Origin: Octopus sinensis
Taxonomy: Eukaryota
NCBI RefSeq assembly: GCF_006345805.1
Contig: NC_042998.1
Location: forward strand, 83,638,001 to 83,702,000
Direction: 5' to 3'
Length of the DNA: 64,000 nucleotides
Below, one piece after another: positions 1-12,600 of this stretch; within the stretch, counting starts at the first letter, position 1; each line of letters begins with the position of its first letter. A model generated the notes under the pieces. It saw only the letters and a program-made list of their open reading frames with translations, was not told the origin of the DNA and made no database searches. The position numbers and the translations under genes were made by a program.

Positions 1-270
1 ATCCAGATTTAGAGAGTAGTAAACGACCACACACGTCACAAATCCAGCTCACTATGTTCTTACTGATGTTCATACCGAGGCCTTTTCGAAGCTGGCGTTT
101 CAATTTTTCATAATTGAGGCGTCTTTCTTCAAACATTCTGTAGCCTTCCTTTACGTATCCCCTCCATTTACTCCTCTTTAAAGCTAGCACTTCCCAGTCC
201 TGATCTTTACGCTGAAGATCTTTAAGGTTGTTTTTTTATGCAATCTTTGTATCTTTTTCTTGGTTTGTGC
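1..270 (-). mobile_element. RTE-clade LINE ORF C-terminal fragment ending in a zinc-finger start (runs off the window edge)
   Basis: Minus-strand translation KPRKRYKDCIK/(frameshift)NLKDLQRKDQDWEVLALKRSKWRGYVKEGYRMFEERRLNYEKLKRQLRKG...WICDVCGRLLLSKSG matches the RTE C-terminal pattern RP.KRYKD.LK...WE.LA..RS.WR..V..G...FE...KR..RK followed by CxxC. Confidence 0.75.
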
Positions 271-289
271 ATACATATGTACATGGTTG

Positions 290-562
290 TCCACTCCTTA
301 TGCAGAGTTTGACCACCTTCTGTACCTACACATTAGAACCATCAAAGCATCTGATGTGGCTTTTTAAACCAGATAATGTTTTGAAGAGACACCCACATAA
401 ATTCCAAATCAGATTTGGACCAATAAGAGCTGCAGATAAGTTCTGATCTTTGTGGGTCTTAAAATGTTTTTTGAGGCCTCCGTTAGATTTGCAGACCTTC
501 TGGCATACATTGCATTGAAAGGTTTTCACAGACATATTGACAGAATAGTTGGTGGATGTCAC
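290..562 (-). mobile_element. C2H2 zinc-finger-encoding fragment, probably the 3' end of a second copy of the same RTE family
   Basis: ORF 326..562 contains FQCNVCQKVCKSNGGLKKHFKTH (C-x2-C-x12-H-x3-H) and a degenerate second finger (LCGCLFKTLSGLKSHIR). No splice context is evident, and it abuts the RTE fragment. Confidence 0.5.
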
Positions 563-1386
563 AATTTGGATTTATTCCTAACTCCAGCTGCTGTAATCAA
601 CTCATCGAATTTCTCGAGGACATTCCCCGAATCACTAATGACATCTCCTGTGTGGATGTTGTTTACCTGGACTTTGCTAAGGCTTTTAATTCTGTGCCAT
701 ACAAAAGACTTATGGTGAAACTCTCTGCAGTGGGTGTAAGAGATGATCTCTATAACTGGTTGATGTCCTTCATTATCGGCCGAAAAGAGGGTGTCACATT
801 TCTAGGACAGCACTCTTCAACTTATGAGATGACATCTGGTGTACCACAGGGATCTGTTCTTGGTCCCCTTTTATTTGTTGCATATATTAATACCCTACAT
901 CAGGCATTTGCCATATTTTGAACGCCTTACTTCTCTGGGCATGGATACATTGAAACTCCGACGTCTGGCAACTGACTTGGCAGACACCCATAAAATTATT
1001 AACCAACTTACTAACACTAACTCTGAGCACCTTTTCAAACTCCACCTGTCTAACACCCGTGGACATGTTTACAAAGTCAGAAAACAACACAGCTCCCATG
1101 ATTTTCGGAAACATTTTTTCACGCTAAGAGTTGCTGAAGTATGGTACAAACTGCCGGCATCAGTTGTTAGTTGTCCGAGCACTGCATCCTTCAAAACTTC
1201 CATGCTTCCTGAGATTCGCCAACACTACACCTGATTTTCTCCCCTCCATACACACGCAAGCATGTATCTGATTCATACACTGTTCACTTTCCAAACATTT
1301 GTACATTACTGCATATGCTTTATACGCACTTTTGACAAGTTGTAGTGCACCTGAGCACTGTATACAATAATTTCATTATTATTATT
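560..1386 (+). mobile_element. CR1-clade LINE 3' fragment with a large internal deletion
   Basis: QFGF, YLDFAKAFNSVP and SGVPQGSVLGPLLFVAYIN jump directly to HLPYFERL...FFTLRVAEVWYKLP. The 3' UTR (gttgtagtgcacctgagcactgta) and (ATT)n tail match the copy at 22527..23592. Confidence 0.85.
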
Positions 1387-1394
1387 GTCTATTT

Positions 1395-2130
1395 TTAAAA
1401 TGTTTGGTGAGGAAATTACCAGTGAGTGGTCAGCTCGAAAATGGTTTAAACGATTACGCAGTGGAGACCCTGAACCTTGAAGATTGTGAGCGTAGTGGAC
1501 GCCCACCTGTCATCGATGACGGTCAATTAAAGACTGTCATTGAGAAAGAACCACGTAAAACCACTCTAAAACTGGCAAAAGAACTTCAAGTTAGTCAGAA
1601 AACTGCCTGCAACTATTTGCATGCAATCGGAAAATCAAACTAGCTCGACAAATGATTTGAATGAAAATCAGAAAATGTGCAGATATGAAATTTGCTTGTC
1701 ACTTCTCCGTAACCAGACCAATCCATTTCTCGACCGTATTGTAACTTGTGATGAAAAGTAGATTCTGCACAATAATAAAAAACGTTCTTCGCAGTGGTTG
1801 AACCAAAATGAAGCACCGAAAACCTTCCCTAAACCTGAGCTCTTCAAAAAAAAGGTTATGGTGACTGTTTGGTGGTGTGCTGCTGGACTCATCAACTATA
1901 AATTTTTAAAACCCAGAAAAAACTATTACTGCAGAAACATATTGCCATGAAATTCCCAAAATGAACGAAAAACTGCTATTCCTCCGTCCGAGACTGGTCA
2001 ACAGAAGAGGTTCAACCATTTTTCATGTCAATGCTCGATCACACGTTCCACTTTTGACGCTCCAGAAGTTGAGGGAACTTGGCTATGAAGTTCTTCCCCA
2101 CCCAGCTTATTCCCTAGACCTTTTTCCTGT
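1395..2130 (+). mobile_element. Degraded mariner transposase remnant
   Basis: WFKR, GRPPVIDD, FLDRIVTCDEK, KKVMVTVWW, HVNARSH and LGYEVLPHPAYSLDL occur across frames, with stops and frameshifts. No TIRs recognised. Confidence 0.85.
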
Positions 2131-2334
2131 AAGGAGCTGTGCGATGTGAGATGACGAGAATGGCTCTTTAGTACCACATTACACGGCCGATACAATAAAG
2201 AGAAATTGGATGGTACAAATAAGTGCCAAAGTAAAAAGGAGGCAAAACCGCGTGAGAACGATTAAGAGAATATTTATTGATATGTTAACATGTGTGCCTG
2301 TGTGTGCGTCATGTATACAGAAAATTTATATATA

Positions 2335-3070
<736 letters not shown>

Positions 3071-3194
3071 AATATAAACTTGATCGGTTCGTATTTTAGC
3101 CACTGCTGGGTAGTGTGTTTAATTTGTTCACTGAACACAGCCGCGAATTTCCCCTTGTTTTTCAAAAATCCCCACTTAAGTCTTTTTAGTAATG

Positions 3195-3610
3195 GTTTCG
3201 AATTATGATACAAACTTGCAGGAATTTTGCGGGAAGTCGATCACATCGACTCCAGTGTTCAACTGGTATTTATTTTATCGTCCCCTGGAAGGATTAAAGG
3301 CAAAATCGGCTTCGGTGGAGTTTGAACACATAACGTAAAACCAGAAGAAATGTCGCAAAGCATTTTGTCCGGCACGCAAACGATCCTGCTAACTCATTGT
3401 CTTCCTGTGTCAAATTTTAGCACAAAGCTAGCCATTCTGGAAGGAGCGTGCCAGTCAATTATATCGACTTTAGTGTTTAGCTGTTATTTTATCTTATTGA
3501 TCCCGAAAGGATGAAAGACTTGACCTCGGCGGATTTTGAACTGAAAACGTAAAGAGCCGGAAAAAATTCCACTAAGTATTTTGTTCTACAGTCTCACAAT
3601 AATGTCAGCT
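3195..3610 (-). mobile_element. Two tandem copies of a second tRNA-derived SINE family
   Basis: Reverse complement of the gagctggcagaatc...gagttcaaattcc...gactttgcctttcatcctttcggggtcgataaa...agtaccag family seen many times elsewhere in the window. Confidence 0.7.
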
Positions 3611-4269
3611 CACCTAATAATAAAATTTCTAAAGGCAAGAAATGTAAATCTGGAGTTGATGAATTAACTAGTAATGGTTAAAGATATACATATGCAAAAG
3701 AAAAAAGACAGATTTCAGATGTTATCTGATGACCGTCGAAAAAAAGCTAAATATATGTAAATTTGGTCATTAGAATTGATAATAACTTTTTTGACGACTT
3801 TAAACTTTCTACATTTTCAACTGTACATTCCTCGATGATTAATTCCAAATTAACAAGAGACCCGGAACTTGACAGTATAAGCAAGCAAACGAATTCATGT
3901 CTTTGAAGCACACAGCAGTAAACTGTATTGTATCTTGTAAACTGTAGTTGTATCATGCTAAATAACATTGCCTATAGAGTTATTTAGCATGATAACATCT
4001 ACAGTTTTGTGCCCCACCTCGACTTTATTTTTTCTTAACGCTTTAAAAAATACGCTTTCCTCCACACCACCCCAGAAAAATAACAGTTTACAGAGATATA
4101 TTTTCAGAGTGTATATTATAATTATGGTGATAAAAAATTAAATACAAATGAAAAACGTTGAGAGGATTTCGAGTCATTTTCCCTATCCCAACTTTATTAT
4201 CACGTATTCCTGTGAATTTAACATTCTCTCCCGGCTTTTTCATTTTTGCCTTCAGATTTATATGTTTGA

Positions 4270-6162
4270 AGAGTGAAGGAGGTAAATGGAAATTTGTTGA
4301 AAGGAAGTGAAAGGAGATGGATTGAGTATTTTAGTGAGCTCTTAAATGTGGAAGATAATACAGAGGCCAGTATGGTGGCTGTAGGAGGAGAGAGGAGAAT
4401 GCCTGTTGGGGAATGGAACTACGGTTCAATTAGAAGGGAAGAGGTGAGGGAATCCTCACGGAAGATAGCAAACCGGAAGGCACCAGGTATAGATGGGTGT
4501 ACAGGGGAATGCCTAAAGAAAGGAGGAGAAACAGTGATTGAATGGTTAGTGAGGCTTATGAATGTTTGCTATATGGCTGGAAGAGTACCAAAGGTTGGCG
4601 GAGTGCCTGCATAGTGCCACTGTAGAAGGGGAAAGGGGATAAATGTGAGTGTAGAAATTTTAGGGGTATAAGTCTGTTGTGTGTGGTTGGTGAACTCTAT
4701 GGGAGAATTTTGATTGTGTGAGGAACCAGAAGAGAGTGTACTAGAGAAAAAGCAGTGCGGTTTTAGGAGTGGAAGCGGGTGCGCAGATCAGATATTTGTA
4801 GAAGTTTGTGTGAGAAGTTTTTAGCAAAAGGGAGGGATGTATATTGGGCCTTTATGGATCTAGAGAAGGCATATAACCTTGTGTATAGGGATGCAATGTG
4901 GAAGATGTTACGGTTGTACGGAGTAGATGGCGAATTGTTGAGAGCTGTACAGAGTTTCTATAGAGAAAGTAGGGCGTGTGTAAGGGTGGATGGTGAAGTA
5001 AGTGAGTGGTTTGATGTGAAGGTGGGGTAATACAGGGTTGTGTGATGTCTCCGTGGCTGTTTGATTTATATATGGATGGTGTGGTGAGAGAGGTGAACGC
5101 TAGAACCTTTGGTAAGAGAACCCAAATGGTGGGAGAAAATGGAGAGAAATGGCAGAAGTTGCTGTTTGCTAATGATACAGCACTGGTGGCGGATTCGGAA
5201 GAGCAACTGAAGAGACTGGTGGTAGAGTTTGGAAGAGTGTGTGAGAGGAGGAAACTGAAAATGAATGTAGTTAAGAGTAAGGTGATGAGATATCCGAGAG
5301 ATGGAATGGTTGATAGGATGGATGTGAGTATAAATGGTGAGATATTATAGGAGGTGAGTGTTTTTATGTATCTGGGATCACATGCGACGGCGGATGGAGG
5401 ATTGGCTGAGGAAGTGGGATACAGAGTGAAGGAGGGGAATAAGATACTTGGAGCTGTGAAAGGTATGCTGAGAGATAAAAGGTTGAATATGAAAGCGAAA
5501 AGAGGTGTGTATGAGGGCGTGATTGTGCTGACAATGTTATATGGTGCAGAGACGTGAGTCTGAGAGAGGCGGAAAGGAGGAGACTTGATGTGTTTGAGAT
5601 AAGATGTTTGAGGGCTATGGTTGGTGTGACACGGATGGACAGAATGAGAAATGAGGAGATGCGAAAACGAGCAGGAATGAGAGAAGATCTATGTACCAGG
5701 ATGGATAAACGAATGTTGAGGTGGTTTCGCCACACGGAGAAGATAGATGAGGAGCAGATGGTAAGGATGATAATGAAGGCAGAAGTGGTAGGCAGCAGAA
5801 CCGGAGGCAGAGCTCAGTTTGTGTGGATGGATGGAGTGAGGAAAGTTTTGGTGGTTAGAGGTGTTGGAGTGAGAGAGGCAAGAGAGTTTATAAATGATAT
5901 GGAAGCTTGGAGAGTGTTTGCGGACGGATGAGTGAACTGATATTGCTCAAAAGGGTACAGAACCAATATGATATGGCGGGGGTAAACCAGCATTCTCTGT
6001 CAGGCCCCGCTGCTGATATCGGGGGGTTACTTTCTATGCCTTGATCCGAAAATAGGATGGGGCTCGCCTCTTTCAGCTGGGAAACGACTGGAATGCCTGG
6101 TGTGTGTCTTGTTGTGGTTACCCTCTCCTGTGGTGAATAGGCCTTGGTAAAAAAAAAAAAAA
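4270..6162 (+). mobile_element. 5'-truncated, decayed RTE-clade LINE (RT domain, 3' UTR, poly-A)
   Basis: KAPGIDG, CIVPL*KGKG, RGISLL, QCGFRSG..DQIF, FMDLEKAY, VMSPWLF.LYMD, LLFANDTALVA and YLGS. Several in-frame stops; A-tail at about 6149..6162. Confidence 0.9.
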
Positions 6163-6205
6163 CTCGTTCAAAAAGTTATTTAAGCAAAATGTCATTTAAA
6201 AATAT

Positions 6206-6250
6206 TTCCAGCTAACTTAGTCGGTAGAGCGCGAGACTCTAAAATTTTGA
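6206..6250 (+). pseudogene. tRNA-Lys(CTT)-like 5'-half relic
   Basis: CCAGCTAACTTAGTCGGTAGAGCGCGAGACTCTAAAA matches about 30/37 nt of the remembered metazoan tRNA-Lys-CTT 5' half (CCGGCTAGCTCAGTCGGTAGAGCATGAGACTCTTAAT). T-arm and acceptor 3' strand are absent. Confidence 0.5.
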
Positions 6251-6739
6251 GGGGTAGGTGGATCATATGTTAGTTCCCCATGGTATTATAGGTACAGGAA
6301 TAGCTGTGTGATTAAGAAGCTCCTTTTGCACCTACTTGGTTTCGGTTTCAGTCCCATTGCGTACATCTTATACAATTGTATTCAGCAAATGAACTTGGAA
6401 GATGAAAACTGTGCAAGAGATGTGTGTGCATTGAGCATATAAACAAAAGCAACAGGCTTTAAGGACATTATTGGTTAGTTTACGTTTGGCAAAAGACACA
6501 AATAGAATAAGTACCACACTGGTAAGTACGCAGGGGCGACCTGTTCGATTAAACCCTTCAAGGCAGGGCACCAGTATAGCCATAATTCAATGACTGAAAC
6601 AAGTAAAAGAGTAGACGAATTTTAGAGTTACAAAGAGGCAAATTCGGAGTGAGTGGAGAGAACGATCTGAATTTATTTCATTGATATCAATATAATCGTA
6701 ATCTACAGCCTCGAAAACATATCTCTGAAAATTTTCCGG

Positions 6740-6915
6740 TCAATATAAAGATCCTCACCCGAGAACAAAAAATAAAAATAACCAACCTGTAGTGTGTTAA
6801 CAAGTATGTTGAAAACAAATATGAAAAGAAAAGTGCGCGCTGACGACCCAGGGACTTTCGGAAAATTCACAAGACCCGATTTTTCCGTCATAACTTCCGG
6901 TAAAATGGATATAAA
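6740..6915 (+). repeat. Unclassified interspersed repeat, inverted partner of 8395..8570
   Basis: gatcctcacc...gttaacaagtatg...gcgcgctgacgaccc...gactttcggaaaattc...ccgtcataacttccggtaaaatggata is the diverged reverse complement of 8395..8570. Confidence 0.7.
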
Positions 6916-7111
6916 AAGTTCGAAAAAATTTTTTTAAGAAAGTTTGAAGAAAAAAATAAAATAAAATAACTTTGTCATATTACTGCAGGAAATTACTCTG
7001 AAAAAATCTTTGCAGAAAGGTAAGTAGATTGATTACATTATGTTATCTCGCAATCTTGTGAGATTTGGCTGTTATTTCTAACATGTGGATAGCCTGCTTG
7101 AAGGCCTAAGG

Positions 7112-7141
<30 letters not shown>

Positions 7142-7142
<1 letters not shown>

Positions 7143-8145
7143 TAGCAGTATCGCCCGGCGTTGCTCGGGTTTGTAAGGGAAATAACTATATAAGCATTTT
7201 TAGAGAGTTATAGCAAAAAAATGCATTAAAATGGAATAAAAAATGATGGTAATTTTTTTTTAAATCGTTGACTCATCGTAGACATTTTTAGAGAGTTACT
7301 TCCCTTATATAATAGCGAAAAATGCATTAAAATGGAATAAAAAATTATGGTAATTTTTTTTTAATCGTTGACTCATCGTAGACATTTTTAGAGAGTTACT
7401 TCCCTTATATAATAGCGAAAAATGCATTAAAATGGAATAAAACATGATGGTAATTTTTTTTTAAATCGTAGACTCATCGTAGACGCGCGCTAATACCCAG
7501 AAGGGCTCGATATGAATCACGACTATAAGATACCCGGTTTTGGTTAAACTGCACCGCAAAATGTGAGAGTAGTTAGGAATCTAAATCGTAGGAGACAGAC
7601 ACACAACTTCACTCTTATATATAAAGATTTGTGCAACAACTAAAACATTCGGTTGTGCAAATTGTTTGCACAGGAAACCTGCCCTGTGTGGCGATTTTTG
7701 CCGTTTTTGTGGATCTGTTTCAGCTTTTTTAGCGATTTCTGTTTTGGCGACTTCAAGCCATGAAATCGTTGTTCTAAAAGAACGCTGGTCTCCTTGACAA
7801 CGCATTACGACGTTGATTTCCTTACACTCCCTTCCCCACAGCTTCACGAGGGAGGGAAGAAGGTGGAGAAGCAACACAGGTGCAGGCGTGAGCGTGGACG
7901 CCAACTCCGCCGCCATCGACACACGAAAAAATATGCATTAAAATGGAATAAAAAATGATGTTAAAATATTTTTAAAATCGTAGACTCATCGTAGACGCGC
8001 GCTAATAGCCAGACGGGCTCGATATGAATCACGACTATAAGATACCCGAATTTGGTTAAACTGCACCGCAAAATGTGGGAGTGGTTAGGAATCTAAATCG
8101 AAGGGGACAGACACTCACACAACTACAGTTTTATATATATATAGA
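7142..8145 (-). mobile_element. Non-autonomous Helitron with duplicated 5' end
   Basis: Minus strand starts A|TCTATATATATATAAAAC (8145) and ends with the hairpin CCCGAGCAACGCCGGG followed by CGATACTGCTAG|T (7142). A second internal TC start (A|TCTTTATATATAAGAG) lies at 7627. No TSD; A|T target. Confidence 0.8.
7195..7470. repeat. About 100-bp tandem repeat (3 units) inside the Helitron
   Basis: atgcattaaaatggaataaaa recurs at 7221, 7322 and 7422, and again at about 7933. Confidence 0.9.
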
Positions 8146-8394
8146 TATTCTGAAAAATTGAAATTTTACTAACCAATTTTTTTCAGAATCGTAATCTTCA
8201 TATTTTACTACGTATTTCGCAAAAAAAACCCAGAAAAATTTCCGGGAAAAGTGAAAAATAAGAAGGAAGGAGGGGTCATTGAAATTTTGAAAAAGTGATT
8301 TAAAAAAAAAATTTGTTTTCAGAATCGGATCCTCCATAACCAAAAACGCGGGACTCTACAACAACAAAAAAAAAAAAAACGAGAAACAAAAACC

Positions 8395-8564
8395 AATATA
8401 TATCCATTTTACTGGAGGTTATGACAGAAAAATCGAATTTTCCGAAAGTCCCCTCCCCACCCACCAGGGTCGTCAGCGCGCATTTTTTTTCATATTCGTT
8501 TTCCACATACTTGTTAACACTCACCAGGCTGATTAACTTTTTTTTTGTTCCCAGGTGAGGATCG

Positions 8565-8570
<6 letters not shown>
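8395..8570 (-). repeat. Unclassified interspersed repeat, inverted partner of 6740..6915
   Basis: tatccattttactggaggttatgac...ccgaaagtccc...gggtcgtcagcgcgc...ggtgaggatc. Confidence 0.7.
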
Positions 8571-8609
<39 letters not shown>

Positions 8610-9539
8610 ATATATATATACACATATATATATAAACTATATTTATGAGAATTTTATAGGAAATAAAGTCAAGGGTGGAACGCCAAACTAGTTTTGCATT
8701 TAGCCTTAGGTCAACTCTGACGGAGATGACGTGAATAAAATACCCTAATCACGAAAGGAAAAAACAAAAACACGTTTTTATTTCTTATTTTTATAACACG
8801 AAATACAGTACCCGATATGTCCTTTCCTTATCGTAGGATAAGGTGTGATTTGAGAAAAATTGGCTGCAGTTTCTAGCAAGTGGGACGATACCGTAAAGGC
8901 ATCATTTATTGAGCCACCAAGATATGTCGTTGATAGCGGCACAGGAAGATGCCAGTAACGAGACAGCTGTATTAACTTGGATACAAATGACCAAATCTGC
9001 AATACAAAATACCAACGATTAAGAGAGAGAAAAATTTTGAGTTTTTTTCTTTTTGTATGTGTAACCAGCCTTGGTGATGATTCTATCCACTCGAAAATTT
9101 TATGGATTATTTTTATGTCCTTAAAACCTGTTGCTTTTCTTTATATAATATATGTGTGTATAAGTATGTATGTATATATGTGTGTGTGTGTGTGTGTGAC
9201 TACATGCTAGCTAGAGAGACCTATTAACAATCATAAACAAATAAGTTGATTATGCAATTTGTTCACTAGAGTAGTTTCCCCTCCTTTAAAAACTCGTGTC
9301 CTTTTCCATTCAAATAGTCTGTTTCTTACGACATCTGTTGGCGGAGTGCGGAAGCAGCATTTATTATTCATTTACTGGATTGCAATCAGATTTACAATCT
9401 TAACGGCAACAGTTCACAACAAAGCTTATTATAAATACAAGATATTCGTCCGTTCTCTTTGTATCGACTGAACGAACCGTCGTTGTACAGTAACAGTTAT
9501 TTGAGGGTTTTTTTTTTTACCCCTGCCGTCTTCTGTACA

Positions 9540-9635
9540 ATGCTTGATGATCTCGAAATGCCGCGTGTTCTAACCATCCAAAGTACTGTTGTATCAGGCT
9601 ATGTGGGTAACAAAGTGGCACTGTTCCCTCTACAG
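9540..9635 (+). CDS. PDXK: PDXK coding exon 1 (96 nt, phase-0 end)
   Basis: ATG at 9540 (alternative in-frame ATG at 9558); RVLTIQSTVVSGYVGNKVALFPLQ; donor GTAAAT. Confidence 0.92.
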
Positions 9636-12600
9636 GTAAATAGTAATTTATTTCCATGGTCATATTTTTGCTATAACAAATATATATATATATATATATT
9701 TATTTATTTATTTGCAGGTGAGGGCATCACCGCCACTCTTTAGTCTTTCTTATTTCCCCCCGGGTTTTTGTTGTTGTTTTTTTGTTTATCAGATGAAAAA
9801 TATTTCTAATTTATCGTTACTTATATATGTATAATTTATCGTTAGATTTATAAAAGTTACTTTCATAAATTTAATCTCCAAGGTCAGTGGATTATCGAAA
9901 CGGTAAAGTGCCTGAAAGACCATCATGTGGTATATAGTTACGCCCTTTTAGGTTGTGCGTGCAAATCCCACCAATCTTGACTTTATCGCCCCGGTGTCGA
10001 TAGTCTTGTGCTAATGTTGTACTTCAATATTTATTTGATTGATTATGCATTCTTATAAAACAGAACTTGCGGGACGCAAATTGTTTGATCTTCTCCATGT
10101 AAACATACCAATATCCCCTCCCTTGTATTATATTCCTTAGAATGAACTCCAGACTACGTACTTTCGTGTATTAATCCATTATTTCTTCTTTGAAGTTAAG
10201 ATAACTATTATAGTCCATTAGATAACGGATCTATACATCAGCCTAATCGTACGAGTCATATATCGAGGCTCGAAAGCCGGGACATATTTTTAAACTACGG
10301 TTCTTCTTATAGATTAGCAAGTCTTAGATTTCCTCTAATCTTTAACAGTCGTTTGTCTCAGATAAGATAGTCCTGTTTATTAATTTGTTTACGGGTTTAA
10401 TTGTATTTTAACGAACTAAAGGTACGGCAAAACAAAGGATGTTTATTTTCAGCTCGAAGGTTGTTATTGTTGACCATTTGTCCGTGTCCTTTTTAAGATA
10501 ACAGTAGGGTTATGATTCGAGTGTTATTTGGCTGCTATTTCTAGTGGTTCGAATAACTACGTAGTCCTAACGTTTATATACCGTCTAGTCTCACATAAGC
10601 CCTGCTCGAAGAGACAGCTGATTAAAAAGGTTCCACTCGTGGTCATCGCTACTCTTATTTTTCGACACTGTGTATCAATGATTATATTATTCAATGCGTC
10701 TGGCATTGTTTTGAAAGACTTGTAGGACTTAGAGGGAGATTTGAATATGATTTCTTGCCAGTCGGCCATCTCATGCCGGCTATAATACATTTGTGCAGGC
10801 CTGTACATAAACAATACTCGAATATATTTGAAGTGGTTAGTAGTAAAATAACTGAGTAATTTCGTTGTTTTGATAGCATTTTTTTAAAAAGAACAACGGA
10901 ACATTTACTAGGGGAGCAACTTAGTACTAAATGTAACGACATTTATCCTAAATTTCGATTTAAATAGAGCTTTAGATTTCACCTGACAGCTTATTGATTC
11001 CGATAAATAAGCTGTCAAGTCCTAGTGATATATAATTTTTTTTTTGTTTCATTTATTAGACTGCGGCCATGATGGGGCACTACCTTGAGGAATTTTAGTC
11101 GAATTAATCGACTCCAGTGCTTATTTTATTTTGTTAAGTCTGGTATTTATTTCATCGAACCGCTAGTCGCGCGGACGTAAACACGGCAACACCGGTTGTC
11201 AAGCGATGGTGGACACACACACATCATCATCATTTAACGTTCGCCTTCCATGCTGGCATGGGTGGGACGGTCTGAAAGGCGCCGGCCAGGCAGAAGCCTG
11301 CACCAGACTTCTATGTCTGTTTTGGCAGAAATTTTACAGCTCAATGCCCTTCCTAACACCAACGAACCAGCAGAGTGGACTGAGTGCTTTTTACGTGGCA
11401 CAATCACAGGCAAGGTTTTTACAGCTGGATGCTTTTTATGTAGCACCTGCACTGACAGGGTCACCAAGTAACTTTGCAAGACAAAAGTCTTTTGAGAGGG
11501 GTGGGGACATTGGAGGAAGTGATCTTGTGTCAGCTGATGAATGGTTATAGTGAGACAGAGAGACAGAAACAGGTGTCTTGCTGTAGAGAAGGTACAAGGT
11601 TACCCAGCCTAAGAGAGAGTGAGATCAGGAATAAGGACAGGAACAAGTGTGCTGCTGTAAAGGGGATACATGGTTACCCAACCTGAGAGAGGAGAAGGAG
11701 AGAGTGAGTGGGAGACATCAAAATAGAGATGTTGGCAAAGGGCTAAGCATACTCACATGGGACAGGATCAGAATATAAATGGGATGTTTGAGTAAAGGGA
11801 GGGAGAGATATAGATGGTGGTATGTGCCAGGGCATACCCTTGAGGTTTGAAGTGACAAAGGAGCATATTTAGCTTATTTCGCTTTATGAGTTCAATGAAG
11901 GCAACAACACAACGGAAAGTGTGCGGAATATTAATGCTGTATATGGGGATCAGACAATAAGTGTAAACCAGTATCAACTTTGGTTTCAGAAACTACAGCC
12001 TAGATGAGCCTCATCCTGGAAGATCTGTAGAGCTTGACGAGGACTTCCTGCAAACCCTGGTGGAACAAAATCTCAGAATGAGTTGCTTGAACAATGAATG
12101 TACCAATTCACTCATTGATACAGATACACTTGTTTGTGTGTGTGTGTATGTGTGTGTAAATATTTCACTTAGGCATTGTGACACTAACAACCTAGTGTAG
12201 AACTTAATATATGTATGTCTCAGAATGAAGCATTAGTTGAGTATAGAGCAGTAATAAGAAAAGAGATGACAAAGGAATATATACATGTGTGTGTGTGTGT
12301 TCCCTTCTGTCTATGAAAGGAGGAGCAAGCTCTTTCACACACATGTATGCACACAACAGAACTTCTGTCTACCAAATTTACTCACTGCTTTGGTTGACAC
12401 GAGGCTAAAGCAGAAGACACTTGCCCAAGGTACCATGCAATGGGACTGACTCCCAAACTATATGGTTGGGAAGCAAGCTTCTTGCCCACTTCGCCATGTC
12501 TACACCTGCATATGTAGGTGAAAGGTAGGAGAGTCCAGTTTGCTGGACATTGTTGTAGAGCTGAAAACGAGGCAATTTCTACTCTTCTCCTCTGGAAGCC

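Noticed and set aside
7195-7470. Regularly spaced repeats that could be mistaken for a CRISPR array
   Set aside because: The units are contiguous tandem repeats of about 100 bp with no unique spacers, in eukaryotic Helitron context with no cas genes.
8670-8730. Minus-strand GGCTAAATGC AAAACTAGTT resembling stem II plus a palindromic helix III
   Set aside because: The CUGANGA core is absent (CCTAAGG), so a ribozyme cannot be supported.
9340-9356. GGCGGAGTGCGGAAG as a GC-box/ETS promoter for PDXK
   Set aside because: Position is plausible, but the motifs are short and non-canonical and there is no TSS evidence.
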